Below, in pieces: positions 35,849-44,427 of a stretch of DNA of 64,000 nucleotides. The translations under genes and the position numbers were made by a program. The stretch is from Eubacteriales bacterium. Lineage in GTDB: Bacteria > Bacillota > Clostridia > Oscillospirales > CAG-382. The stretch is from positions 1,127 to 65,126 of the forward strand of contig JAZTXJ010000093.1 of NCBI GenBank assembly GCA_045636285.1, in the 5' to 3' direction. Below the pieces are notes generated by a model that saw only the letters and a list, made by a program, of their open reading frames with translations, made no database searches and was not told the origin of the DNA. Positions within the stretch are counted from its first letter, which is position 1; each line of letters opens with the position of its first letter.

Positions 35849-37069
35849 TTATCTTATACCGTAGTTTTCGATAACGTAGTCCATATCCTTATCGCCTCTG
35901 CCCGAAAGGTTAATAAGAACAGAGCCGTGTTCCATTGTTTTTGCAAGCTTCATACCGTAAGCAACGGCGTGGGAGCTTTCGATTGCGGGGATTATGCCTT
36001 CGAGGCGAGCAAGCTTGTAAAAAGCATCGATCGTTTCTTCGTCGTCGATAACGTCGTATTTAACTCTGCCGATTTCCTGAAGGAAGGCGTGCTCGGGACC
36101 CGAAGAAGGATAGTCAAGACCGCTTGCAACCGAATATACGGGCGCAGGATCGCCGTTTTCGTCCTTGAGCATGATACTGTTGAAGCCGTGCATAACGCCT
36201 TCTGTGCCGTATTTAAGGCTCGCTGCGTGGTCGCCAAGCTTGGGACCTCTGCCAAGAGGCTCGATACCGTAAATTTCAACAGGATCATTAAGGAATCCTG
36301 CAAACAAGCCTGCCGCGTTCGAACCGCCGCCAACACAAGCAACGATGCTTGTGGGAAGATGTCCTGTCATTTCGATAAACTGTTCGCGCGCTTCTATGCC
36401 GACAACGCTCTGGAAATCACGCACCATCATAGGAAACGGATGCGGACCGAGAACCGAGCCGATGCAGTAAATAGAATCCTTATATTCCTTGCTGTACGCA
36501 TCAAATGCGGCGTCAACGGCTTCTTTTAAGGTTTGCAGACCGTGGGTAACCTCGATAACGTTCGCGCCGAGAATCTTCATTCTTGCAACGTTGGGCGCCT
36601 GTTTTTTAATATCAACGGTACCCATATAAATATCACATTCCAAACCGAAATATGCAGCAGCGGTAGCAAGAGCAACGCCGTGCTGACCTGCACCTGTTTC
36701 GGCGATTACCTTCTTCTTGCCCATATACTTTGCGAGCAACGCTTCACCCATGCAGTGATTAAGCTTGTGAGCTCCCGAATGGTTGAGGTCTTCACGCTTT
36801 GCATAAAGCTGTACTCTTCCGCCCAATGCATCGGAAAGGCGTTCCAAGTGCGAAACGGGCGTAGGTCTGCCCTGAAATTCCTTACGGATTCTGCGAAGCT
36901 CTGCAATAAATTTGCGGGATTGGCAGATCGAATAATAAGCATAGGTGATTTCTTCCATAGCGGCTTTAAGCTTATCATCAATATAAACGCCGCCGTACTT
37001 TCCGAAGTAGCCGTCTTTATCGGGGTAGTTATTAAAATATGTTTCAAAATCCACGTTATTAAGTATCAT
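35849..37069 (-). CDS. trpB: Tryptophan synthase beta-chain family PLP enzyme (stand-alone)
   Basis: '[12 protein letters not shown]', '[43 protein letters not shown]' (PLP lysine in GAHK), 'GGGSNAAG'. No trpA or other trp genes are adjacent. Confidence 0.88.
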   Translation of the reverse strand: MILNNVDFETYFNNYPDKDGYFGKYGGVYIDDKLKAAMEEITYAYYSICQSRKFIAELRRIRKEFQGRPTPVSHLERLSDALGGRVQLYAKREDLNHSGAHKLNHCMGEALLAKYMGKKKVIAETGAGQHGVALATAAAYFGLECDIYMGTVDIKKQAPNVARMKILGANVIEVTHGLQTLKEAVDAAFDAYSKEYKDSIYCIGSVLGPHPFPMMVRDFQSVVGIEAREQFIEMTGHLPTSIVACVGGGSNAAGLFAGFLNDPVEIYGIEPLGRGPKLGDHAASLKYGTEGVMHGFNSIMLKDENGDPAPVYSVASGLDYPSSGPEHAFLQEIGRVKYDVIDDEETIDAFYKLARLEGIIPAIESSHAVAYGMKLAKTMEHGSVLINLSGRGDKDMDYVIENYGIR

Positions 37070-37169
37070 CTTTCAAGCTCCATTCAAAATATATATAATA
37101 AGTTATTGACTGCAATTCGGAAATCGCCATCGTTTTGTTAAAAGCATATTAAATCATCCTGCTTTCCCT

Positions 37170-37455
37170 GCCAAAACAAAAACGCCCTGACAGAATATTC
37201 TGCCAAGGACGAATAATTACTTATCCGCGGTGCCACCTTGAATTCACGGAAACCCGTGCACTTTTGGGATACAAATATATCCACGGCAACTAACGCGTGC
37301 CTTGCGTTGCAGAATACTTTGCGTATAACGCATTTCCTTGCACCCTCCGCGGTCCATTTGCCAAACTGTTTCTTGCCCGATTTTCAGCATCGCGGGCTCT
37401 CTGTAAAGGCGTGTTTTGGCTTTATCTCCGCTTCAACGGTTTAAACTATTAACTT
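37170..37455 (-). promoter_or_regulatory. T-box riboswitch leader, Trp specifier
   Basis: On the minus strand: AG-bay 'CAGAGAG', distal 'GCUGAAAA', candidate specifier 'AAAUGGACC' (UGG followed by a purine), T-box 'AAUUCAAGGUGGCACCGCGG', terminator 'CGUCCUUGGCAGAAUAUUCUGUCAGGGCGUUUUUGUUUU'. The bulge UGGC predicts discriminator G73, as in bacterial tRNA-Trp. Confidence 0.85.
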
Positions 37456-37461
37456 GTTTTT

Positions 37462-37491
37462 GATTATATCACCAAAAGACACCATTGTCAA
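37462..37491 (-). promoter_or_regulatory. Consensus sigma-70 promoter for the T-box/trpB unit
   Basis: On the minus strand: TTGACA, 17 nt, TATAAT. Confidence 0.75.
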
Positions 37492-37581
37492 TAGAAATAC
37501 TGCGGAAATATACGAAAAGAGAGTGACAAACCGCAATAAATGTGCTATAATTAAGCGAAATCGCTTTTTCAGGAGATAAAA

Positions 37582-38727
37582 ATGCTTGAATTAACCGAAA
37601 TTCTTAACAAAATAGTCGAAGACAACGCTTTAAAAATCACAATAAGCAACCCAATTAATAAATCCGTAGTTTATAAAAAAATCGTCGCAGAGCGCAAAAA
37701 CGATAAATACTTTTTATCGAAATATACCGAAAAACAGGTATTCCACGAAAGTATAGCGATCTCTGATTTTGCGAAAGCAATATACGAAACCGTTTTCGGA
37801 AATTACAAACAGCTCAATGCGATTTCGGAAAAATCCGAGCATATCGTACTTATTTCCAAAAAAGGCGCTTGTACCTATAAAGCAAAGGCATTAAACAAAA
37901 GCATCGAAACGCCAAAAAACACAGATCATAACCGCAAAAAGAATTATTTATTGAAAGAAGGCGAAATAATAAAGCCTTTGATCGATATGGGTATTTTTAC
38001 CCCCGACGGAAAAATCGTTAACTCGATGTATTCGAAGTACAAGCAGATAAACCGTTTTCTCGAAATAATAGACGACGAAATTTCAAAAAGCGAAAAGAAG
38101 CACTTCAACGTCATTGATTTCGGTTGCGGAAAATCATATCTTACGTTTATACTTTATTATTATCTGACCGTAATCAAAAAGATTGAAATCAATATGATCG
38201 GGCTGGATCTTAAAGCAGACGTTATAGAAAAATGCAATGCCGCCGCCGAAAAATACGGATACAACAGCTTGAAATTCGAATTGGGCGATATCAACGGATA
38301 TAAAGCACCCTTCGACGTCGATATCGTCGTTTCGCTCCATGCCTGCGATACCGCAACCGATTATGCGCTATATAACGCGATTAGCTGGGATGCGGAATAC
38401 ATCTTCTCTGTTCCCTGCTGTCAGCATGAATTAAATTCCCAAATTTCCCCGCAAAGCCTTTCGATCATTTCGAGATACGGAATTATTCAAGAGCGTTTTT
38501 CCGCTTTGGCAACAGATGCGATCAGAGCAAATCTTTTGGAATATCGCGGATATAAAACACAGCTCCTTGAATTTATCGATTTCGACCACACACCGAAAAA
38601 CATACTCATAAGAGCCGTTAAGAAAAACAGCAATACAAAAGAGCACCGCGAAAAGATGCTTAAAGAAGCGGATGCAATAATTAAAGAATTCTCGTTCAAG
38701 CCCACGCTTTACGATCTTCTTGTTTAA
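37582..38727 (+). CDS. SAM-dependent methyltransferase with an N-terminal extension
   Basis: 'VIDFGCGKSYLT' (motif I), 'DIVVSLHACDTATD'. 381 aa. The substrate is unknown. Confidence 0.75.
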   Translation: MLELTEILNKIVEDNALKITISNPINKSVVYKKIVAERKNDKYFLSKYTEKQVFHESIAISDFAKAIYETVFGNYKQLNAISEKSEHIVLISKKGACTYKAKALNKSIETPKNTDHNRKKNYLLKEGEIIKPLIDMGIFTPDGKIVNSMYSKYKQINRFLEIIDDEISKSEKKHFNVIDFGCGKSYLTFILYYYLTVIKKIEINMIGLDLKADVIEKCNAAAEKYGYNSLKFELGDINGYKAPFDVDIVVSLHACDTATDYALYNAISWDAEYIFSVPCCQHELNSQISPQSLSIISRYGIIQERFSALATDAIRANLLEYRGYKTQLLEFIDFDHTPKNILIRAVKKNSNTKEHREKMLKEADAIIKEFSFKPTLYDLLV

Positions 38728-38765
38728 GAAAAAATCCTATGCAGATACGCATAGGATTTTTATTT
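38728..38765. terminator. Bidirectional intrinsic terminator
   Basis: AAAATCCTATGC...GCATAGGATTTT flanked by an A-run and a T-run. Confidence 0.85.
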
Positions 38766-39256
38766 TAACCGTTAAGCACGCGTGAGCCTCTTTCGAGCGC
38801 GACAACGCCCGTACGGCACATTTCGACAATTCCCATCGGCTTCATTACTTCTATAAAGGCTTTGATTTTCGAAGGCTCGCCCGTAACCTCGACACAGATC
38901 GATTCTGTCGTATAATCGATTATTTTTGCGCGGTATATTTCGGTCGCCGCCATTATTTCCTGTCTGTTTTCGGTTGTGTTCTTAACCTTTACCAAAAGAA
39001 GCTCGCGTTCGACGGAAGCGTTCGAATCTAAAAGCTTTACCTTTTTTACGTTATAAAGCTTTGTAAGCTGTTTGATAAGCTGCTCGCGAGCATAGTCGTC
39101 ACCATTTAAGGTGATTGTTATTCTTGAGTAATCGGGATCATCGGTTTCGCCAACGGTCAGAGAATCGATATTAAATCCTTTTCTCATAAAAAGTCCCGAA
39201 ACGCGCGAAAGAACACCGTATTTATTTTCTACGTAAACTGCGATTACACTTCTCAT
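38765..39256 (-). CDS. ilvN: Acetolactate synthase small (regulatory) subunit
   Basis: 'VIAVYVENKYGVLSRVSGLFMRKGFNIDSLTVGETDDPDYSRITI' (ACT domain). The start is ATG 39256, 5 nt after the ilvB stop; the ORF-track start at 39331 overlaps ilvB. Confidence 0.9.
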   Translation of the reverse strand: MRSVIAVYVENKYGVLSRVSGLFMRKGFNIDSLTVGETDDPDYSRITITLNGDDYAREQLIKQLTKLYNVKKVKLLDSNASVERELLLVKVKNTTENRQEIMAATEIYRAKIIDYTTESICVEVTGEPSKIKAFIEVMKPMGIVEMCRTGVVALERGSRVLNG

Positions 39257-39260
39257 TAAT

Positions 39261-40961
39261 TTATCCCTTCGTTTTTGTAATAATATTATCCACAGTACCG
39301 CCCGGCGGAAGCATAGGAAGCACAAGCTCATCCATATTTATCGCCACGTCTATCAAAAACGGACCGTTGTGGGAATAGGCTTCTTTAAAAGCATTTTCGA
39401 ATTCTTCGATATTTTCCGCGCGTAAAGCCTTCGCGCCAAAAGCCTCTGCAAGCTTCACAAAATCGGTTTTTCTTTCGAGCACGGTATTACTGTATCTTTT
39501 TTCATAAAACAGCGTTTGCCATTGCCTTACCATACCGAGAACGCCGTTGTTCATAAGAACGATAACAATATCAGAGTTATAAGTAACCGCTGTTGCAAGC
39601 TCGTTAAGATTCATACCGAAGCTTCCGTCGCCCGTAATAAGAACGGTTTTATCGTTCGAAGCAATATTGGCACCGATAGCCGCACCAAGTCCGTATCCCA
39701 TAGTGCCCAAACCGCCCGAAGAAGCAAATCTTCGCTTGCTTTCGAAATTCGCAAACTGCGCTGTCCACATCTGATGCTGACCTACGTCGGTAACGATTAT
39801 ATCGCGCTTACTTTTTTGAGCATTGATGACATCAAATATCTTTTGGGGTGTCATCGTATCCTCGGAACGCTTTTCGCTTTCTTCGGATATACGCTTCCCT
39901 TCGGATTTGAACCTTTCGACTTCATCTCTCCATACAGGATGCTCTTTCTTTTCGACCGCATTAAGTATTCTTCCGAACGAATCCTTAATATCTCCGATCA
40001 AGCCGATATCCACGCTTACGTTTTTATTGATTTCGGATACGTCTATATCGAGCTGAATGATTTTCGCATTCGGTGAATATTTGGAAACGTCGCCTGTCGC
40101 ACGGTCGGAAAAACGTACACCCACGCCAATAATCAAATCGGCCGCACGGTTCGCAACCGACGAGGCATACTGTCCGTGCATACCCTGCATTCCCAAAAAT
40201 CGTTCATAAGAATTCGGCATTGCCGAAAGTCCCATCAGAGAACAGCCTATATACGCGTCAATCTTTTCGGCAAGAGCCATGATTTCCTTTGTCATTCCCT
40301 CGCCCGCGGCGCCGCCGCCGATATAAATATAAGGGCGTTCGGATTGATTTATCAGCTTCACAGCCTGCTCGATCTGCAAATCAGAAACCGTATCGGTTTT
40401 AAAGGGTTCTACAATACCCTGCGGTACAAAAGCACATTCTGCGTCCTGAACGTCTTTGGGAATATCGATAAGTACGGGACCGGGTCTGCCTGATTTTGCG
40501 ATTCTGAATGCTTCACGAATAGTATCTGCAAGCTCGGTTACCTCTGTAACAAAGAAATTATGCTTCGTTATCGGAAGAGTTACGCCCGTAATATCTATTT
40601 CCTGAAAGCTGTCTTTACCGATAAGATTAGTCGGAACGTTGCCCGTTATGGCAATCATCGGAACGGAATCGAGCATAGCGGTCGCCAAGCCCGTAACAAG
40701 ATTAGTCGCACCGGGACCCGAGGTTGCAATAACAACGCCAACCTTGCCTGTAACGCGCGAATAGCCGTCTGCCGCATGCGCCGCCCCCTGCTCGTGTGCA
40801 GTGAGGTAGTGATTGATTCTGTCGTTTGCTTTATAGAGTTCATCGTAAAGGCTTAAAACCTGACCTCCGGGATAGCCGAAAACATCCGAAACACCCTGCT
40901 CTATAAGGGTTTCGATAATTATTCGTGCTCCCGTGAGGATATTTTTAGCAGACTTTCTCAT
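39261..40961 (-). CDS. ilvB: Acetolactate synthase large subunit (ThDP-dependent)
   Basis: 'GARIIIETLIEQGVSDVFGYPGG', 'GPGATNLVTG', 'GLGTMGYGLGAAIGA...ITGDGSFGMN'. The start is ATG 40961 (GGAGG RBS); the ORF-track start at 41054 runs through the T-box terminator. Confidence 0.93.
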   Translation of the reverse strand: MRKSAKNILTGARIIIETLIEQGVSDVFGYPGGQVLSLYDELYKANDRINHYLTAHEQGAAHAADGYSRVTGKVGVVIATSGPGATNLVTGLATAMLDSVPMIAITGNVPTNLIGKDSFQEIDITGVTLPITKHNFFVTEVTELADTIREAFRIAKSGRPGPVLIDIPKDVQDAECAFVPQGIVEPFKTDTVSDLQIEQAVKLINQSERPYIYIGGGAAGEGMTKEIMALAEKIDAYIGCSLMGLSAMPNSYERFLGMQGMHGQYASSVANRAADLIIGVGVRFSDRATGDVSKYSPNAKIIQLDIDVSEINKNVSVDIGLIGDIKDSFGRILNAVEKKEHPVWRDEVERFKSEGKRISEESEKRSEDTMTPQKIFDVINAQKSKRDIIVTDVGQHQMWTAQFANFESKRRFASSGGLGTMGYGLGAAIGANIASNDKTVLITGDGSFGMNLNELATAVTYNSDIVIVLMNNGVLGMVRQWQTLFYEKRYSNTVLERKTDFVKLAEAFGAKALRAENIEEFENAFKEAYSHNGPFLIDVAINMDELVLPMLPPGGTVDNIITKTKG

Positions 40962-40974
40962 TTGAACCTCCATA

Positions 40975-41235
40975 CAATAAAAAAACACTTTCATCTCTTT
41001 TAAAGAGACGAAAGTGTTATTACAATACTTCCGCGGTACCACTCTTTTTCGCAATAATGCGCACTCCGATGCTTAAACATCATACTCTGTAACGGGAGCA
41101 CCCGTCTGTAACTAATCTCTTTCGATTTCATCACAGCCGCTCAACGGCGACTTCGGCAAACAATACGTTATGTCTCGCACCAACCGACAATTCTCTGAAA
41201 CGATTAATTTGCTTACTATTCCGCATCACTGCGTT
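40975..41235 (-). promoter_or_regulatory. T-box riboswitch leader of ilvBN (branched-chain specifier; candidate GUC, Val)
   Basis: On the minus strand: K-turn 'UGAUG...AGUA', AG-bay 'CAGAGAA', 'GGUGCGAGA', 'GAAGUCG' specifier candidate, T-box 'GAGUGGUACCGCGG', terminator 'AACACUUUCGUCUCUUUAAAAGAGAUGAAAGUGUUUUUU'. The bulge UGGU predicts discriminator A73. Confidence 0.85.
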
Positions 41236-41241
41236 TTTAAT

Positions 41242-41270
41242 ATAGTATCATCACGGCATTATTTTGTCAA
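41242..41270 (-). promoter_or_regulatory. Sigma-70 promoter for the ilvBN leader
   Basis: On the minus strand: TTGACA, 17 nt, TACTAT. Confidence 0.65.
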
Positions 41271-41292
41271 GTATTTAAATAAATTTATGCTA

Positions 41293-42906
41293 TTATAAGT
41301 CGTTTCCGAGCGAAAGACTGTATATCCATTCGATTTTATCTCCCGCCTTGACTATATATTCACCGCAGCTCACAGAGGGCTTTTCTCCGTTAACCAAATA
41401 CTGCCAGCCCGAAAGATCGCCGTGATCAAATTCATAAACGTTGGCAATACCCTCAACGTATACCGACGAACCCGAACCGTTTGTTTCCAAATGAATCGCA
41501 TTTGCGGCTGTTATTTCAGAAAGCACTTCGTAAACCGAATCGCCTTCAGAAATATTGCATACGGTTTCTTTAAGTATTACCCCGTTTGGAATTTCGGAAT
41601 TATCGATAACGTCACAAACTATCGAAATAGTAACCGTACCGATATAATCGTCTTCCGAAGCCGCGTTTTCGTAATAGCCTTCTTTCGTTTCGAAATCAGT
41701 TAAAAGCACAAAAGCCAATACCGCGACGATAATTACCGCCAACAGTAAAATATTTTTTGCGTTAATCTTCTTTTTAATCAGCAAAGCAATAAACGCACAT
41801 ACCGAAACAAGCGCTATAATTATAATCGCATATACCTTATAGCTAAGGTTATCTTTTTCATCGTTATGCTCGGATTTACTTGCTTCGTTGCTTGTGCTTG
41901 TATGCTCGTCCTGCGAAGGCTCGCTTTCCTCGGGAGCAGAAACAGAATCGCTTACGTTTTTATCAAACGTATAGAGCGGACCCTTTCCCTGCTTCATTTG
42001 CATATATGCAACCGAAGCAAAAAACACCTGAACGGTAGCATTTGAATTTGTTGTTCCGCCGAATATATGACTGAATCCGCCATCCTCGTTTCTGTAACGC
42101 GAAATTACGTCAAAGAGATCGCACTCATTTTTAATAAAGCGTTCATCCTCTTTGCAATCGATTCCTAACGCAGAAAGCGCCACAATAACCTGTGCTGCGC
42201 TTTCGGGGTTGTTAATGCCGTAGCTCATAAATTCTCCGTTTTCGTCCTGACGGCTCGCAAGGAGCTTCACAGCACGATCGACAGACAATTTTACTTTTTC
42301 GGTTACGTTATAAAACGGAGCAAACGATTGAATCACCATTGCGGTTACATCTACGTCTGCGTTTTTTCCGTTTAATGCCCAGCCGCCGTCATCCAACTGC
42401 ATCGAAAGAATTTTATCAATAAGGGTATTCGGGGTGTGCTTCTCAGATTCCGCTCCGTTGTTGAGTATATGTAATCCGTAAACAAGACTCATAATGCCCT
42501 GCTCGCCTATCGACTTTTCGGTTTGTTCGGCAATGTATTCATCGTCACTGCCAATCGCTACCAATGCCAGAGCATATTTCAATCGCGTAGATGCAGAATT
42601 GGTTTCGTTATTTCGCAGATATTCAAGCAATGCATTCTCGTAGCTTGAAAAATCGTAATTTCCCGTTTGCGATAATGCAATAACGTACCATTCCGAAGAA
42701 ATACCCGCTTTTTCTGTCAACGCTTCATCGATAAAACCTTGAATGCTTTTTTCTTGCAACGGTTTATAGTTATATTCAAGAACAGCGTCAATCAAATCCT
42801 GCGGTTCGCTTATTTCTTCATTTCCCAAGACCGTTACCGTTGTTAAGCAAACAAACAACAAGCTTAAGAACGCGGAGAAAATACGAAACGTTAATTTATC
42901 TTTCAT
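41293..42906 (-). CDS. Surface protein: prenyltransferase/terpene-cyclase-like alpha/alpha-toroid domain, two TM helices, then a C-terminal DUF4430 domain
   Basis: Signal peptide. Repeats 'QLDDGGWAL', 'RQDENGEFMSYG', 'RNEDGGFSH'. S/E-rich linker. TMs 'VYAIIIIALVSVCAFIALLI' and 'ILLLAVIIVAVLAFVLL'. C-terminus 'YEFDHGDLSGWQYLVNGEKPSVSCGEYIVKAGDKIEWIY' (DUF4430-type). Confidence 0.75.
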   Translation of the reverse strand: MKDKLTFRIFSAFLSLLFVCLTTVTVLGNEEISEPQDLIDAVLEYNYKPLQEKSIQGFIDEALTEKAGISSEWYVIALSQTGNYDFSSYENALLEYLRNNETNSASTRLKYALALVAIGSDDEYIAEQTEKSIGEQGIMSLVYGLHILNNGAESEKHTPNTLIDKILSMQLDDGGWALNGKNADVDVTAMVIQSFAPFYNVTEKVKLSVDRAVKLLASRQDENGEFMSYGINNPESAAQVIVALSALGIDCKEDERFIKNECDLFDVISRYRNEDGGFSHIFGGTTNSNATVQVFFASVAYMQMKQGKGPLYTFDKNVSDSVSAPEESEPSQDEHTSTSNEASKSEHNDEKDNLSYKVYAIIIIALVSVCAFIALLIKKKINAKNILLLAVIIVAVLAFVLLTDFETKEGYYENAASEDDYIGTVTISIVCDVIDNSEIPNGVILKETVCNISEGDSVYEVLSEITAANAIHLETNGSGSSVYVEGIANVYEFDHGDLSGWQYLVNGEKPSVSCGEYIVKAGDKIEWIYSLSLGNDL

Positions 42907-43717
42907 AAATACCTTTACCGATTACAAAAACAGTTATTAAGGAAGCAAGTGCAATGATTATAAACACAAAAACGTTTGAAGTATCACCCGGTTCGGGTAT
43001 TTCGTTAACGTTACCATCATTTTCTGCTTCGGAAACGCTGAAAATGCATACAGGAGGAACTATAATCGTTTCTTCGGTAACTGCGCTTACAACATACCTG
43101 CCGCCCGATTCAAGCGATATAGACACTTTTCCGTCTTTATCTGTAATATAATCGTTTTTTTCTCCGTTTATAGTTATAGCCGCGTCCTTCAAGGGCAAGG
43201 TGATAGAATTCCACGATTCATCAAAGCCCGCAACGGATAACGTTAAGGTTATCGATTCGTTTTCCTTTGCATCTACTTTGTTGACATCGAAAAACGAATA
43301 GGAATCCGACCAGCCGAGCGTATCGGTATATACAAAAGCAGAAACGAGATCGCCGCTCTTAACGGGATCTGCAAGACTCCACGCAGAAGCATTATTGATA
43401 TAATAGCCATAACTGCCCGAGGTGTCGCCCCAAAGCTTTACGATAGAAACACCGAATTCGCTTTCAGCAGAAGCATATCCGCTTTCTGCTCCGCCTTTAT
43501 AGAATGCATCGTGTGCCGCCACGAGCGTATCGTTTATTGTAAGAGCTCCGTCATCATCGATATCGGTAACGGTAACCTTTTCATAAGTTACTGCAAGAGC
43601 GCCCTTATCGGATATATTTACATATACCTCTGCTTTTAATTCTTCTGCGCTTGCGACAGTAACGCACGTCGAAAATACTATAATTAGACAGATTAATATA
43701 TAAGTGATTTTTTTCAT
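42896..43717 (-). CDS. DUF4430-domain surface protein with an Ig-like domain and a C-terminal TM anchor
   Basis: Signal peptide 'ILICLIIVFSTCVTVASA'. 'GVSIVKLWGDTSGSYGYYINNASAWSLADPVKSGDLVSAFVY' (DUF4430-type). 'DKDGKVSISLESGGRYVVSA' beta-sandwich. TM plus 'GKGIYER'. Confidence 0.7.
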   Translation of the reverse strand: MKKITYILICLIIVFSTCVTVASAEELKAEVYVNISDKGALAVTYEKVTVTDIDDDGALTINDTLVAAHDAFYKGGAESGYASAESEFGVSIVKLWGDTSGSYGYYINNASAWSLADPVKSGDLVSAFVYTDTLGWSDSYSFFDVNKVDAKENESITLTLSVAGFDESWNSITLPLKDAAITINGEKNDYITDKDGKVSISLESGGRYVVSAVTEETIIVPPVCIFSVSEAENDGNVNEIPEPGDTSNVFVFIIIALASLITVFVIGKGIYER

Positions 43718-44427
43718 TGTTTTTTCCTTTCAAATTGTTGTACGGCAAACAAGCCGTATTTCTTCTTGATTCTTAAAAGTTTGTTTCCAAACGGTTTTGC
43801 AAGCAAGAACACAAAAACAACGTTAGAGACCGCATATTCAACCGTAGTAGGCAACGCGGCAATAACGGTTGCGATATATCGCGTAAGATTAAAAGTATTT
43901 TCCGCCCAAACCGTCGCCCAGACGTCCATCGTCAAGGAATATAAAATTCCCGAAAGTCCTGCATAAACGCATAGTACGATTCTGTTTTTACGCAAAAATA
44001 CACCAAATGCACCCGCCGTAAATCCGATTAATCCCCAAGCAAACATCTGGAACGGAGTCCACGGACCCTGCCCGAAGTAGAAATTGGAAATCACGGCAGA
44101 AACGGCGCCAACCGCAAACCCCGCTTCTTTTCCCAACCATACAGCCGATATTACGGTTATTGCGGTTATCGGCTTAAAGCCGGGTAACCACGCAAAAACA
44201 AATCTGCCCAATACAGACAAAGCGATCAGAACCGCCAACACGGTAAGCTCTGAAGAGGTTACGTCTTTTCTGTCAAATGCATAAAACAGCGGTACACAGG
44301 CAAGTAACGCAACGCAAAGCGAGATCCACAAATAATACTTCTCTTTAAAAAGCACAGCGCCGAAATATACCGTAAGCGGAATAGCAACAAGCAAAATGAG
44401 CAGTGTTATTATACTTTTGTGCTTCAT
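43714..44427 (-). CDS. ECF transporter substrate-specific (S) component
   Basis: 237 aa with about 6 TM helices. It sits directly between the EcfA and DUF4430 genes with 1-4 nt overlaps. Corrinoid specificity is inferred only from the riboswitch. Confidence 0.7.
   Translation of the reverse strand: MKHKSIITLLILLVAIPLTVYFGAVLFKEKYYLWISLCVALLACVPLFYAFDRKDVTSSELTVLAVLIALSVLGRFVFAWLPGFKPITAITVISAVWLGKEAGFAVGAVSAVISNFYFGQGPWTPFQMFAWGLIGFTAGAFGVFLRKNRIVLCVYAGLSGILYSLTMDVWATVWAENTFNLTRYIATVIAALPTTVEYAVSNVVFVFLLAKPFGNKLLRIKKKYGLFAVQQFERKKQ

Noticed and set aside
33671-35850. A possible integrated mobile element next to tRNA-Leu.
   Set aside because: There is no integrase, recombinase or transposase, and I could not find a direct repeat of the tRNA 3' end. 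It is reported only as a compositional/functional oddity, not as a mobile element.
35681-37141. Plus-strand ORFs of 282 and 202 aa opposite trpB.
   Set aside because: They are shadow ORFs. The second would also run through the trpB RBS and leader.
40962-41054. A 31-codon N-terminal extension of the ilvB ORF (ORF-track start at 41054).
   Set aside because: The extension overlaps the T-box terminator hairpin and the T-box sequence. Homology begins at the internal ATG 40961, which has a GGAGG RBS.
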